Shown here in pieces: positions 11,339 through 23,046 of a DNA stretch of 64,000 nt; the stretch's first letter is position 1; the number at the start of each line of letters is the position of its first letter. The stretch comes from Selaginella moellendorffii. Lineage: Eukaryota > Plantae > Lycopodiophyta. Made by a program: the position numbers and the translations under genes. The notes under the pieces were generated by a model. That model was not told the origin of the DNA. It worked only from the letters and a program-made list of their open reading frames with translations, and did not search any database. The stretch covers positions 80,186 to 144,185 of the forward strand of contig NW_003314439.1 in NCBI RefSeq assembly GCF_000143415.4, read 5' to 3'.

Positions 11339-12961
11339 ATGTCGAACGTCTGCTGTAGCGTTCATGACGCGGTCGGAGGTGACGGAGACAAGAGCGTTCT
11401 TTTTGCCGGGAGACAACTAGCTTTCAACACGGTGGTATCTCTCTTTCGGCACTACACTCACGAGCGGGCCTTGTTGAAGGGGCGTTCACTTCACGACTAC
11501 ATCATCAACCGCGGCTTTGATCAGGAAACGTTTCTGGGAAATCTGGTGGTCCAGATGTACGGGAGGTGTGGGAGTGTGGCAGAGGCGAAGAAGGCATTTG
11601 ACAGGATCCAGGAACCCAACGTCTTCTCGTGGACCATCATGGTGGCAGCTTATGCCGAGAACGGATATCTCCAGGAAGCAAGGAAGATTTTTGACGCGAT
11701 GACGGAGAAGAACGTGGTTTCGTGGACGGCTATGGTTTCGAACTATGCCCAGAATGGTTATCTCCAGGAAGCCAGGAAGTTGTTCGACGAGATGCCAGTC
11801 CGGACTGCCGTGCCTTGGAACGCTATGATAGCCGGCTATGCCCAGAACGGGCATTGCGACGAGGCTCTAGTGATGTACAGGAGGATGAGACAGGAAGGTG
11901 TGAAGCCGACGGAGAGCACCTTTGTGAGCACTGTGGACGCCTGTGCTACAGTCGCTTTGCTGGAAGCTGGCCGGCTTGTTCATTCAAATGCCGCCGAGAT
12001 GGGGTTTCACACAGCAGAGAAAGTGGGAAACGCTCTCGTCAACATGTATGGCTGCTGCGGGTGCTGGGAAGACGCGAAGAAGGCATTCGACGATATGCCG
12101 GAGCAGAATGTGATAGCTTGGACAGCTCTCCTGGTGGCCTACGCCAGGAGTTCCAAAGTCGAGGAAGCAAAGGCTACTTTTGACAAGATGCCGGTGAAGA
12201 GTTTTATTTCCTGGTCGGCAATGGTGGGAGCTTATGCCCAGAACGGTCATAGCAAGGAGGCCCTTCTCCAGTTCCGGTTGATGGACCTGGAAGGCGAGCG
12301 CCCCGACGGTGTGACTTTTATCACCACTCTCTACGTCTGCGGCAACCTCTCGGCTATAGAAGTTGGCCGGATAATCTACGAGGACATCATTGGGACACAT
12401 CTGGAAACCGACGTAACCGTGGTGACTGCGCTGCTGGACATGTTTAGCAAGTGCGGGAGCTTGAGCCAAGCAAAGTCGCTGTTTGATCGAATGCCGCTCA
12501 AGGACATGGTAATGTGGAGCTCCATGGTGGCTGCCTGTGCTCACAACGGTCAGTGGCTGATGGTACTGGATACGTACTACTATATGCTGCTCGACGGTGT
12601 CAAGCCCAACAAGGTGACGCTCATGAGCGTCCTCTCGGCGTGCAGTCACGCCGGACTTTTGCGAGTGGCCTTGGAGCAGTTCACTTCAATGAGAGAGGAG
12701 TATGGCTGCGAGCCGGAGTATCGGCACTACGTGTGCATGGTGGATACTTTAGCTCGGGCCGGACAGGTGAAAGAGGCCGAGGACTTGATCGAGACGATGC
12801 CGTTTGAGCCGGATGGTTTGTCGTGGAGGACGCTGCTGAGCGCATGCAACAGCTCGAGCGGAGCCGGGCAGGGTTCTCGAGCAGCGGAGAACGTCTTCGA
12901 ACTGGATCCGGAGCACGGAGCTCCATACATCCTGCTGTCGAATCTCCACTCGGAGAAATGA
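11339..12961 (+). CDS. PLS-class PPR protein with E domain, no DYW
   Basis: Intact 540-aa ORF, repeated PPR motifs, LSACSHAG, E-domain PYILLSNLHS at the end. Confidence 0.93.
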   Translation: MSNVCCSVHDAVGGDGDKSVLFAGRQLAFNTVVSLFRHYTHERALLKGRSLHDYIINRGFDQETFLGNLVVQMYGRCGSVAEAKKAFDRIQEPNVFSWTIMVAAYAENGYLQEARKIFDAMTEKNVVSWTAMVSNYAQNGYLQEARKLFDEMPVRTAVPWNAMIAGYAQNGHCDEALVMYRRMRQEGVKPTESTFVSTVDACATVALLEAGRLVHSNAAEMGFHTAEKVGNALVNMYGCCGCWEDAKKAFDDMPEQNVIAWTALLVAYARSSKVEEAKATFDKMPVKSFISWSAMVGAYAQNGHSKEALLQFRLMDLEGERPDGVTFITTLYVCGNLSAIEVGRIIYEDIIGTHLETDVTVVTALLDMFSKCGSLSQAKSLFDRMPLKDMVMWSSMVAACAHNGQWLMVLDTYYYMLLDGVKPNKVTLMSVLSACSHAGLLRVALEQFTSMREEYGCEPEYRHYVCMVDTLARAGQVKEAEDLIETMPFEPDGLSWRTLLSACNSSSGAGQGSRAAENVFELDPEHGAPYILLSNLHSEK

Positions 12962-12992
12962 TTCAAGCTTGGGGGAGGAGGAACCTGCTCGC

Positions 12993-14708
12993 TCACCAGT
13001 AGTCGCCGCAGGAGCAAACACCGTTCTCGGTGTGGTGGAAGCGGTTGAGGTCCCGGACAATGATCTTCCGCCCCGTGATCTTGGAAATGAACTTGGTGGC
13101 CGAGTGGCAGTCGGAGCAGACTCTCAGGTTCTTGACAACTCTCAGCGTCGTTCCCGGTGGAGTGCTGATGAGACCACAGGCGATGGCGAGCTTCTCGCTG
13201 TGGAAGAAGAGGAGGCTCTCCTTCTCGTCCTCGTTCACGAGCCTGAGCACCTCGGTGGTATCTGGTACGTAGCCGTCTTCCTTCATGAGAACACTCAGCC
13301 GCTTGAGCTCTTCCAGGATCTGCTGCTTCTTGGGGTGCTGGAACTTCTCCCCGGCCGTGAACTCGTGGAAGCGGTCATTGATCTCGATGGTGCTCCACCC
13401 GGGCTTCTTCCTCACGCCGCGGGCTTCCATCAGGTCCCTCACTTTCGCCTTCTCGGCGTGATCTCCAGCCGCGGCATGGATGTTGGACAGCAGGACGTAG
13501 TAGCCAGGGATCTCGCTGGTGAGCTCCAGCAGCACCTCCGCGGCTCGCTTCCCTCTCTCGACGCTCTTGTGGACGCGGCAGGCGGCGAGGAGAGTGTTCC
13601 AAGTTACATCGTCCGGGACGAAAGGCATGGTCTGGACGAGCTCCTCGGCCTCGAGCAAGCGTCCGGATCGCCCGAGAAGATCGACCATGCACTTGAAGTG
13701 GTCCATGGTGGGAGTGATGCCGAAGTCGTGGACGAGGAGGTCGAAGTGGAAGAAGCCGTGCTCGAAGAGGCCGGCATGGCTGCAAGCCGAGAGGATGCTC
13801 TTGAAGGTGACAGCGTCGGGGAAGAGGCCGTCGACGTTCATGGCCAGGAAAGCATCGAGAGCTCGATCGGTGTGGCCGTTTTGGACGAAGGCCGTGATCA
13901 TGGTAGACCAGGAGATCAAGTTCTTGTTCCGGATACTCGAGAAGACAATGGTGGCGTCGTCGAGATTGCCACACTTGGCGTACATGTTGACGATGGCGGT
14001 GGAGATCTCGACGTGGGCGACGAGCCCGGCCGCGGCTGCGATGGAGTGGAGTGATCTCCCAGCGACGAGCGCCGAGAGGCCGGCGCAGGCATCGATGGCG
14101 GCAACGAAGGTGACCATGTCGCAGCGCTGGCCTTCGTTGTTCATGGCGCGGAAGAGGTGGAGCGCGGCCTTGCAGTGCCCGTTCTGGGCATACCCGGCGA
14201 TCATCGCGTTCCAGGAGGAGGAGTTTCTCCTCGGCGCGGCGTCGAAGGTGGTCTTGGCGTGGATCATCCGGCCGTGGCGGGCGTAGGCGGCGATCATGGA
14301 GTTCCAGGCGATGGTGTCCCTGGAGGGCATGGAGTGGAAGAGCTTCTCCGCGGAGGGGAGGTCCCCGGCCGCGGCATAGCCTGCTAGCAGCGCGGTGGCG
14401 GAGAACTCGTCCTTGGTGGGCATTTGATCGAAGAGGGAGTGCGCCAGGGGGAGATTGCGGTGGTCGACCAGGGCCGAGATGGCGATGCTCCAGGAGAAGG
14501 CGTTCTTGGTGGGGATGGAGTGGAAGACGCGGAGCAAGGAGTCGAGGTCGCCGCATTTGCCATACATTTGGAGGAGGAGATTGGAGAGGAAGCGATCGGT
14601 GGCGAGGCCGGCGTGGACGATTTGGCGGTGGAGCTGGCGGCCTTGGTTGATCGAGGAGGGAGTGGAGCACTGGCGGAGGAGCGTGGCGTAGGAGCTCACG
14701 GTGTCCAT
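12993..14708 (-). CDS. PLS-class PPR-DYW protein (putative organellar C-to-U editing factor)
   Basis: 571-aa ORF with PPR repeats, PG box (PGWSTIE), HSEKLA, CSDCH and terminal CSCGDYW. Confidence 0.96.
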   Translation of the reverse strand: MDTVSSYATLLRQCSTPSSINQGRQLHRQIVHAGLATDRFLSNLLLQMYGKCGDLDSLLRVFHSIPTKNAFSWSIAISALVDHRNLPLAHSLFDQMPTKDEFSATALLAGYAAAGDLPSAEKLFHSMPSRDTIAWNSMIAAYARHGRMIHAKTTFDAAPRRNSSSWNAMIAGYAQNGHCKAALHLFRAMNNEGQRCDMVTFVAAIDACAGLSALVAGRSLHSIAAAAGLVAHVEISTAIVNMYAKCGNLDDATIVFSSIRNKNLISWSTMITAFVQNGHTDRALDAFLAMNVDGLFPDAVTFKSILSACSHAGLFEHGFFHFDLLVHDFGITPTMDHFKCMVDLLGRSGRLLEAEELVQTMPFVPDDVTWNTLLAACRVHKSVERGKRAAEVLLELTSEIPGYYVLLSNIHAAAGDHAEKAKVRDLMEARGVRKKPGWSTIEINDRFHEFTAGEKFQHPKKQQILEELKRLSVLMKEDGYVPDTTEVLRLVNEDEKESLLFFHSEKLAIACGLISTPPGTTLRVVKNLRVCSDCHSATKFISKITGRKIIVRDLNRFHHTENGVCSCGDYW

Positions 14709-14940
14709 GGTTTAACTATGACGATATAATGAGGAACTAATGAGGATTATGGCGATAATCGAAGGCGAGAGATTAGGAATCCCTAATTTTCTTTTTGTTT
14801 TTATAGGGCTTACTTCATATACTACGTTACATTTTTTCGAAATATTCACGTTTAAAACTCTGGATCTTGGTTTGTCTAACACATATAATTTAGTCCTTTT
14901 TCCAGTACTAGCATAGAGATTAGTAGGGTTTACAAAAATT

Positions 14941-16065
14941 ATGGAGCGAGGCACTGGTTACACTCATCATTCAACTGTGCAGGCTCAAGGCTTCAAGGAT
15001 GGCGAGGCCAAAATCAAGCAAGCTATGGCAAGAAATGCACTCTTAGTTGATCCATCCCTGGAAGTGATTAGAGTAGCCGACTTGGGATGCTCCCACGGAT
15101 CCAATGCAATTCATGCCGTTGACTTTGTAGCGCGAGAGATAATCGAGCTGCGAGATCTAAAGCTTTCTTCGTCTTCGTCTTCCTCTTTGGAGATCCAAGC
15201 CATTTTCTCGGATATCACTGCCAATGACTTCAACACGCTCTTTTCTCTAGTTCCACACCTCCAAGGCAAGCCGTACTTCTTCAGTGGAGTTCCTGGATCA
15301 TTCTACCTCAGGCTCTTTCCTCGCTCTTCCATCCACTTTGCAATGACAACCTTCGCATTACATTCCCTCTCAAAGGTATAAGTTTGTGTTGGTTCTGATG
15401 TAAGTGAATGGCTTCTATGTGTAGATCCCGGAGGAAATCACTAACAAGGAGTCACCAGCTTGGAACAAAGGCACCATGTACATAGACAGATCCTCGCCCC
15501 AAGCAGCAATTGAAGCAGTTGTTCGGCAAGCTAAGGAGGACCTCCAGAACTTTCTCCAGTGCCGAGCTCAAGAACTAGTCACTGGAGGCCTCCTTGTCTC
15601 CAAATTTCTCATAAGAACCACACGAGATCTTGAAGGGCCTCTGCACAATGGTTTCCAAGAAGCGTGGAAGGATCTCATTCAAGAGGTATAAAATCTTCAC
15701 AAAAATCAATGCTTGTTCCTATGCCATCACATTTGCAGGGGATTATAAGCCAAGAGAGCTTGGACACCTTCAACTTTCCCGTCTATTTTCGCAGCTGTCA
15801 TGAGGTCCAAGATGCATTGGATTCAGTGAAGGAGGAGTTCAAGGTGATTCACAGAGAAGTTTCGAAAGTCCAGATTCCTCCTCGTCAACCTAGTGACTCA
15901 ATGAGGGCGTTCAAGGCCATAAGCAAGCCCTTCATCGAGCAACATGTTGGAGATGAGAAGATTGTGGAGCTCATGTACTCGAGGAGCTTGTCTAAAGAGT
16001 TAAGAAGTAGAGACTTATTTTCCATGCTACTCGTTCTTGAAAAAAAAGAGTTTATAGTAATCTAA
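14941..16065 (+). CDS. SABATH-family SAM-dependent carboxyl methyltransferase, 3 exons
   Basis: IRVADLGCSHGSN, SDITANDFNTLF, GVPGSFYLRLFPRSSIHF, FLQCRAQELVTGG, LDTFNFPVYF; introns ~15376-15424 and ~15686-15738. Confidence 0.92.
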
Positions 16066-16225
16066 TCAAGAATACAATACTGAAGAACAAAAAGAAAGAG
16101 ATGTTGATATTAAACACTTCGATACTTGAATAAGTTGGTATGGGATTATACAGCAAATTATATACAACTTTTTTGAAGCTTTAGATGATTTTACAATACA
16201 TATATAAGAAGTTCCAAAAAGAATT

Positions 16226-17990
16226 TCAGTAGCTTCTCGTTGTAGAGAGCGGATCATAGTCGTAGACTTGCCCGGCCTTCACAAAGCGGCCTTTTATCCG
16301 CCGTCTTGTATCAGCACGAGTCTTGCGAGATTCATACCGGATTCGCTTCTCGTATCTGTGACAAAACTTGTGAGAAACAAAACTCAAATGAAACAAAATG
16401 GAAGACCAACGTACTTGCGAGTTTTCCTCTTTTCCTTGTACCGGAGCATGGCATTCCCTCTTGCCTCCGAGGCCGCCGCGGGATCCGAGCTAGTCGAGCT
16501 CCACAGCTCTCCAGCCGCGTAAAACACCGAAGCACAGTCCGCGTACTCGGTGCCACTGCTATCTCCGCTCACTCCACTGGAGCAAGCCGGCCTCGGAGAG
16601 AACTGGACGTTTCCCGCTGCTGCTGCCGGATGGAAAGGGCCTCTACACGCCGACTCGGAAGCGTCCGACTGGAGAGAGTTTGCAGTGTCCATGCTCGAGC
16701 ATCCCTGGAAAAGTTTTAGCTCTTTTAGCTCCTCTAGGCTAGAGACTGCTTACGTTTTGCATGCTCTTGGAGCTCATGGCCGGAGCCATGCTCGGGCACG
16801 CGATTCCAATGTCTTGAAACGGGGTTCCAGCGGCGTCCTGGGCCGAGAGGAAAAGATCTTCGTAGTTGTCAAAGACATTCACGTCGTCAGCCGTCAGCGC
16901 TTTGCAGATATCATCGATTCCCATGTCCTGCGCGTTGTTCCAGAGCTGCAAAGGAATTAAAAAAAAAAGAGTATGAGTATCGACAAAGAAGTAAAGGAGA
17001 AAGGACCCGACATGACGGGCATTCTAGCAACAGCAAGCTGGAAACAAGAAATATCAGCTGGACAGCGTTAGTCGACCTTTTGGATGCTGGCAAGATAACC
17101 AACTAAGACGAGATTCGGCTGGAGGCCTGGTCAGTAGAGACGGTAGCAAGAAAATTTAATGCACCTGCTGGTCTGGACTCGCTGCCTTCCAGGCGTTCTC
17201 ACCCTGCTGAGGAAAAATCTCGCCACTCTCGGGCTTTGAGGACGGGCTGTGGAGGCCAAGTTGAGCCGTCTGGTTCTGGATCTCCGCAACACCGCTGCTG
17301 CTGCTCGTCGAAGGCCTCGGTGGAGGTGGAGGCATCAAAGTCTGTGCTTGCGTGATGGCTTTCTCTCGCTGTTGATGCCCGAGTGCCTGCTGTGGGGGCC
17401 GACTTTGCAAGATCATCAGCTGCTGGAAGATCTTCTTCTCCCGGCTCTGGAAAGAAAAGCAAGACAAAAAAAAAAAACCAAAAAACCATTTGAAAGGCCT
17501 CGAAAGAAAAGCAAAACGCTACCTGTGGAGTTGAAGGGTGGTGGAGCTGCTGCTGCGACTGACTTGACGCCGGTAGCCAACCTTGAAGGGTCTCCAGACT
17601 TTTAGACGTAGATCCCTTCCCGCTTCCATTTCCACTTCCACTTCCACTTCCTGGTTCATCGGACACATCACAGTACCATAGCCGAGCAAGCTCCGCCGAC
17701 GAAGGACATCCCGTGTAGGATACAATAGCGCGCCTCTTGTGGTGCATAGCTCGGTACTCTGCGTGTCTTTTGCCGTCGCAGGCCTGGCAAAAGGCCTTGC
17801 TTTCCGCTCCACAGCGAACCACAGCAGGCTGGACGACGCACATATCGCACACCAGAGTTCTCGAGTGCCTCCTGGAGAGAGCGTTTGCTTCGTGAACGTT
17901 GCGGTCACACGACAGGCACAGGAGCGCAGCATCGGCCTTGCAGTAGACAGTGGCTCGTTCGTCCCCACAAAAGTCGCAAGGTCTCTCCAT
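16226..17990 (-). CDS. CONSTANS-like B-box/CCT protein (COL9-15-type), multi-exon
   Basis: Two B-boxes ([30 protein letters not shown]; VCDMC..FCQACD) and a CCT domain split by an intron ([15 protein letters not shown] / [24 protein letters not shown]). Confidence 0.92.
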
Positions 17991-18728
17991 CAAAGTCCCC
18001 GCTTTTCCTTCTCTAGAACTATTTCTACTACCTGTGTAGAAAACCTCCGTTTTCAAGTCATTTGTCTCCAAAGAACTTGCGTAAAGTTGGCTTATCGCAG
18101 ATATTTTGATTTGCTTCGTGAAGAACCTGTGTGGACCAGAAGAACTTGATCTATATTCTCTCTCGTGAAGTACCTGGATAGGACCTTTAAGTTTCTATGA
18201 CGGCGAGTAGAGGAACCAGAGAAAACTCGCAAGCTGATGGCCGCAACGATATGTGGCAAGCGAGCAGTCCATCTGGAAGGCGAATTCCTCCCCCGCAAAT
18301 CTCCGCAAGCAGCATCTAAGACTAAAACCCCACCTCCGTCGCCGATTTCCTAGCAGCGCCCAACCCCTATTCCCAGCGCCAGCGCCGGCATTTCGATGAT
18401 GCGAGGAGGATCCAGGGCCGCGAGCGCCGATCTAATCGCCTCGATCGCTTGGGAGCGGCGTGGAGGCGGCCAATTCCAGCCTCGAGCGAGCACGAGAGTG
18501 TGGATAGGGTTTAAGCCCAAAGCCTAATGAAAAAGCGCAAAAGTCTGCCAGCTCAGCAATCGCTTTTGGACCTATTTTACGCTGGCCCCGCCACGTCACT
18601 CGTGCAGCGTGTCAATTCGCCCAATTACAACGACATTTTGCCCTTGAGAGATGAATTTTTGGCACTTGGATCTTGAGTGGAAAATCTGATCTAAGAGAAA
18701 GCTATGGTGGTTCTTGTGATGAGCCATC

Positions 18729-20558
18729 ATGGCCGCAGCAAACCAAACAGTAGATCTGGTTTCCAGCATTCGCCGTTGCAACAGTTTGGTCGAGGCCAGG
18801 ACGCTCCACTCGCTCGCTGTGGAGAATTATCGCAAGAACCAAACTTTTACGGCAAATCTCGTGATTGAGATGTACGGAAGGTGTGGGGGCATCGATGAGG
18901 CTAGGAGGGTGTTTGATGCAATCGCCAACAAGAATGTTTTCTCGTGGACTATCATACTAACAGTGTATGCCCGCTCTGGGCATCTGGATGAGGCAAAGTT
19001 TGTCTTTGACACAATGCCTGAAAAGAACGTTGTCTCGGAGACGACAATGATAATGGCTTACGCAGAAGCTGCAAAACTTGATCAAGCTAAGATTGTTTTT
19101 GACAGCATGCAAGAACGCAATTTGTTTGCTTGGAACGCCTTGATAACTGGACATGCCCGACATGGGCATTACAAAGGCGCTCTTAAACTATTACAGCTTA
19201 TGGATCTCGACGGTGTCAGGGCCGATCGGATCACGTTTCTCGCAATTATCGAGTCATGCTCGGGGTTAAACGATTTTCGAAAAGCCAGGCTCATGCACTC
19301 GAGAGCTGGAGCTTCTGGTTATGCTCTAGAAACGAAGGTGGCAAATGCCCTGATCACAATGTATGGACGATTCGGAGCTCTCGATGATGCAACGAAGGTT
19401 TTCCAAGAGCTGAAAGACAAGAGCACCGTTTCATGGAATGCCATGGCGTGGGCATTTGGGTCCAATGGTCGTGTAGACGATTCCAGACGCTTGCTCCATG
19501 TTGATTGCTCAAAAAGGGATTTGAGTTCTTACAACTGCTTGATCTCGGGGTTCTCCCTGAACGATCGGCCCCAAGAAGCAGTGGAAGTGTTTGAGATGCT
19601 GCTTTTGGAGGGCGAGTTTCATCCAGACGACGTGAGCTTCCTCGCAGTTCTTAGCTGCTCGTGCTTCAAAAGGATTCGCGATTTGAGAACCATCTACAAT
19701 GTCGCGAGCGAGGCGGGCTATCTTGCAAACACGAGGGTCGCAAACTCTCTCGTGAATTGTTTTGGCAGATCTGGAGCTCTTGACGACGCAACTTGCCTGT
19801 TCCGGGAGATCACGAAAACGGCAAATGCCGCCTCTTGCTGGAACGTCCTTCTCGGCGTCTACGTCGAAAGCAATCTCCCACGCGAGGCCATTCTTTTGTT
19901 TCGCGAAATGGACGTGGAAGGCGTAAAGCTCGACTATATCACGATGATCCTGGCCGTCGATGCCTGCCGGATCGGAGGGCCCGGCGCCACCCTCTTCCGG
20001 CGCTCCATCCACGACAGGGCCATCCGTACGGGCTTTCTCCAGCATGTGAAAGTCGCCACCGGGCTTGTCACCATGTACGGCGAGTACGGCATGGTAGGCG
20101 ACGCTTTCCAGGTGTTCTGTTCGATTCCCACCAAAAACCTCCTCGCGTGGACTGCGCTGGTAGTCGCATACGCCCGAAACGGGCATATGGAACAAGCATT
20201 GGAAGCGTTTCAACGGATGGGATTGGACGGCTGCCAGCCTGACGAGATCGCCTTCGTCGGTATCATCTCAGCTTGCAGTCACGGCGGGCGCGTACGGGAG
20301 GGCTGGCATTTTATGGCCGAAATGTACGGGGAGTTTGGCGTGGGCCAAAAGGAGGAACACTATAGCTGCCTTGTCGACATGCTTGGAAGGGCGGGGTTAC
20401 TAGACGAGGCTGAGAGATTTATCCAGGAGGTGACTGTAAATGTAAACCCCTGGAAGGGTAGAAGTTTATTACTGTCCTGGAAAAGCCTGTTGAGTTCTTG
20501 CCGGGTTCAAGGTGACCTGGAGCTCGCCCACAGGGTTTTGACACAAGTGGACAGGTAA
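18729..20558 (+). CDS. PLS-class PPR protein with short or truncated E domain
   Basis: 609-aa ORF with PPR motifs, ISACSHGG, HYSCLVDMLGRAG; ends early within the E region. Confidence 0.9.
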   Translation: MAAANQTVDLVSSIRRCNSLVEARTLHSLAVENYRKNQTFTANLVIEMYGRCGGIDEARRVFDAIANKNVFSWTIILTVYARSGHLDEAKFVFDTMPEKNVVSETTMIMAYAEAAKLDQAKIVFDSMQERNLFAWNALITGHARHGHYKGALKLLQLMDLDGVRADRITFLAIIESCSGLNDFRKARLMHSRAGASGYALETKVANALITMYGRFGALDDATKVFQELKDKSTVSWNAMAWAFGSNGRVDDSRRLLHVDCSKRDLSSYNCLISGFSLNDRPQEAVEVFEMLLLEGEFHPDDVSFLAVLSCSCFKRIRDLRTIYNVASEAGYLANTRVANSLVNCFGRSGALDDATCLFREITKTANAASCWNVLLGVYVESNLPREAILLFREMDVEGVKLDYITMILAVDACRIGGPGATLFRRSIHDRAIRTGFLQHVKVATGLVTMYGEYGMVGDAFQVFCSIPTKNLLAWTALVVAYARNGHMEQALEAFQRMGLDGCQPDEIAFVGIISACSHGGRVREGWHFMAEMYGEFGVGQKEEHYSCLVDMLGRAGLLDEAERFIQEVTVNVNPWKGRSLLLSWKSLLSSCRVQGDLELAHRVLTQVDR

Positions 20559-20930
20559 CTAAAGGTGTCACCTCCGGGTAACTATAATTGAATATTCGAT
20601 TCCAGCTGGCAACGAATGGAAGAGACAACCAAGAAAGATTTTCGAGGCAACGTCAGAGCAGATATATACAAGAGGCAAAACAAACGTTTGGTGACGTGAA
20701 TCCTTTGCAAAATAGTCAAAATGGGTATATTCTCCCTCGATCCGGCTCTTAACGCTGGGCTAGGGAAATCCCGGGACTACCTAATGGGGAGACGCTGCGA
20801 TCGATCACTCTAATGTCGGGAGCTCTCACATTTGATCGACGAGGCGGGAGAAGAGACGATATCGATTCCAATGGCTGCGAGGATTCTAGTCTTGATGGCG
20901 CTGCTCGAGGAAGGATATGGCAGCCGCGGG

Positions 20931-21456
20931 ATGCTCGAAGACTTGGGAAACGCGCACAGAAGAGTTCCAGAGGAGGAATCGAGCGCTCCTCCGCCAGCGT
21001 CGTCTTCGATCGCCGCCAGTGGCTCCGCCGCGACTAGGCCAGCGCTGGGATTCCCTCTGGGCACAGCGCTCATCCTCTTCCTCGTTTTCGGAGTGAGTAC
21101 TCTCTTCTCTTGCTGCTACCACTGGGAGAAGATCCGGAGCCACACTGGCAGGCTCACTGCAAACCGGAGCTCCGCCATGGATTCATCCGCGACGAGTTCC
21201 TCCGCTGCTGATGGCGCCGCCGGCGATCGATGCTGCGAAATCGATCCACCCAAGTGCACCAAACAGGTGGGAAGAACTTTTTTCCTGGTTCTCGAGGAGC
21301 TAATCGAGTGTGTTCTTGCATTGACAGTCTCTCATCTTGCCAGTGTTGATGCCTGGCGATCAAATCCCTAGGTACGTCGCGTGGCCCTCCCCTCATGGAA
21401 TCCCAGACGAAGCTATTACTAATGCTAGTTTACACGATAACTATTGTCAGTTATGA
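20931..21456 (+). CDS. Small single-pass membrane protein (At5g65660-like family), 2 exons
   Basis: RPALGFPLGTALILFLVFGVSTLFSCCYHWEKIRS and second-exon VLMPGDQIPRYVAWP, characteristic of this plant family; start codon uncertain (20872 or 20931). Confidence 0.75.
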
Positions 21457-21581
21457 CGTGGATCCTTTAATGTCCAGGCTAAAGAAAGCCCTAAGGTTTA
21501 AATGCAAACCGAGCTTTTGAATGCGCGGCTGACACGTGTCACGATCTCGTTGCTTGGTTACCGCGAACAAACCGCAAGAGC

Positions 21582-21606
21582 TAGGGTTTGCCTGGCGGTA
21601 GGGTTT
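21582..21606. promoter_or_regulatory. Two telo-box cores (TAGGGTTT) upstream of Pur-alpha
   Basis: tagggttt at 21582-21589 and 21599-21606, ~100-120 bp upstream of the ATG. Confidence 0.55.
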
Positions 21607-21704
21607 GGGGGCGTGTGAGCGATCGGTTTTGAAAAAATGGAGGCGGATTGAGGCTTGTTCTCGCAGATTCTCCGCGGCAGCGAGCTGCGAGCGCCCGGAT
21701 TGCG

Positions 21705-22816
21705 ATGGATGGCGTCACCGGAGGCGATGTGGAGCTCATGTCCAAGAGCTTGCAAGTGGAGCACAAGCTCTTCTACTTCGACCTCAAGGAGAATCCGCGC
21801 GGCCGATACCTGAAAATCTCGGAGAAGACAACCACCTCGCGCTCCACAATTATCGTCCCGGAGAGCGGCATTGTGTGGTTTTTGGATCTCTTTAACCTCT
21901 ACTCTAACGGGGATGATAAGTTCGAGAGCAAGGAGCTCCAGATGGATACCAAGGTTTGCTTTAGTGTCTTTTCCCTAAGAGAGATTCATCACACTCAATC
22001 GATCGATCCTGCGCAGGTGTTCTACTTTGATGTTGGGGAGAATCCTCGAGGCCGGTTTCTCAAGGTGAGTGATGAGCGAGTTCTTTTTTCCTTTGGAGGG
22101 AAGCTTTGAACTCTTGAGCTCGAACAAGAGAATGAATTTCCATGTTGGTAGATCTCGGAAGTCTCGGCAGCGTCGGTCCGAAGCACGATCATCGTTCCCT
22201 CTGGCAACGATGCCGACGAGGGCTGGGTCCAATTCCGACATGTTCTAGCGGAAATTCACGAGGCATCGCAGATGCTCTTGTCTTCCATCGAGAACCGTCA
22301 AGTAAGTTCTCAAGTTCTTCTCAAGTTCCAAAGTTTGATTTTCCTCTTTTTCCTCAAAGATTGGAGCTCCAGAGTCGTCGCCCATCAACGCTGGATTCTA
22401 CGACGGACCCGTAAGGAACGGCCCGACCGTAGCTCCTCCGAGCAACGATACGAGTCGGATGAGCTCCACTGCCAGAGTTTTGCGAGCCGAGCAAAAAAAG
22501 TTCTTCTTTGATCTCGGCTCCAATGCCCGGGGCCAGTACCTTCGAATCTCAGAGGTAAACTTCATACAATTCGATTCATTGATCTCCTCGCTAGCTCACT
22601 CCATAGTTTTTTTTTCTAGAGCGATTGATTTCCTAGAATTATTTTCTAAGGCTATTTTGTCCCCAGGTAATTGGTGGTGATCGATCGGCAATCATTCTTC
22701 CAGCATCAGCACTAGAGCAGTTTCATGAAACCGTGGGAGAATTTGTGGAATTACTCAAAGCCCAGGAACAACAGGTCTCCAGCGCTGTTCTCGCGGACCC
22801 CGGCTACACAAAGTGA
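21705..22816 (+). CDS. PURA1: Transcription factor Pur-alpha 1, multi-exon
   Basis: Three PUR repeats: KLFYFDLKENPRGRYLKISE, VFYFDVGENPRGRFLK, KKFFFDLGSNARGQYLRISE. Confidence 0.93.
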
Positions 22817-22922
22817 AGAAAGAAAAAAATTCAGTGTTTTTGCTTCTTTACCCTTTTTTACCCTGTTCGCGTTTTTTGTAACCGTCGGATCGTGGCCACG
22901 TGTCAGCTTCTGGCTTTTGCCA

Positions 22923-22988
22923 TTTGAATTTCCCGCCATTTTGCCATTTAGGGTTCTTAGCTCTGGAGCTCCCCGTGTCGGCGGGAAT
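22923..22988. promoter_or_regulatory. E2F-type elements upstream of SMC2
   Basis: TTTCCCGC at 22929-22936 (E2F consensus TTTSSCGS), reverse-oriented GGCGGGAAT at ~22980-22988, adjacent TTTGAA at 22923-22928. Confidence 0.6.
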
Positions 22989-23046
22989 GAATGGCGGGCA
23001 GCGAAGCGGCGCGGCGCGGCGAGAGGTGAGCCACTAGGTTGCCGCG

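Noticed and set aside
12969-14670. Long antisense and alternate-frame ORFs over the DYW gene (also over WAKL and the oxygenase)
   Set aside because: Expected shadows of GC-rich coding sequence; no recognisable motifs.
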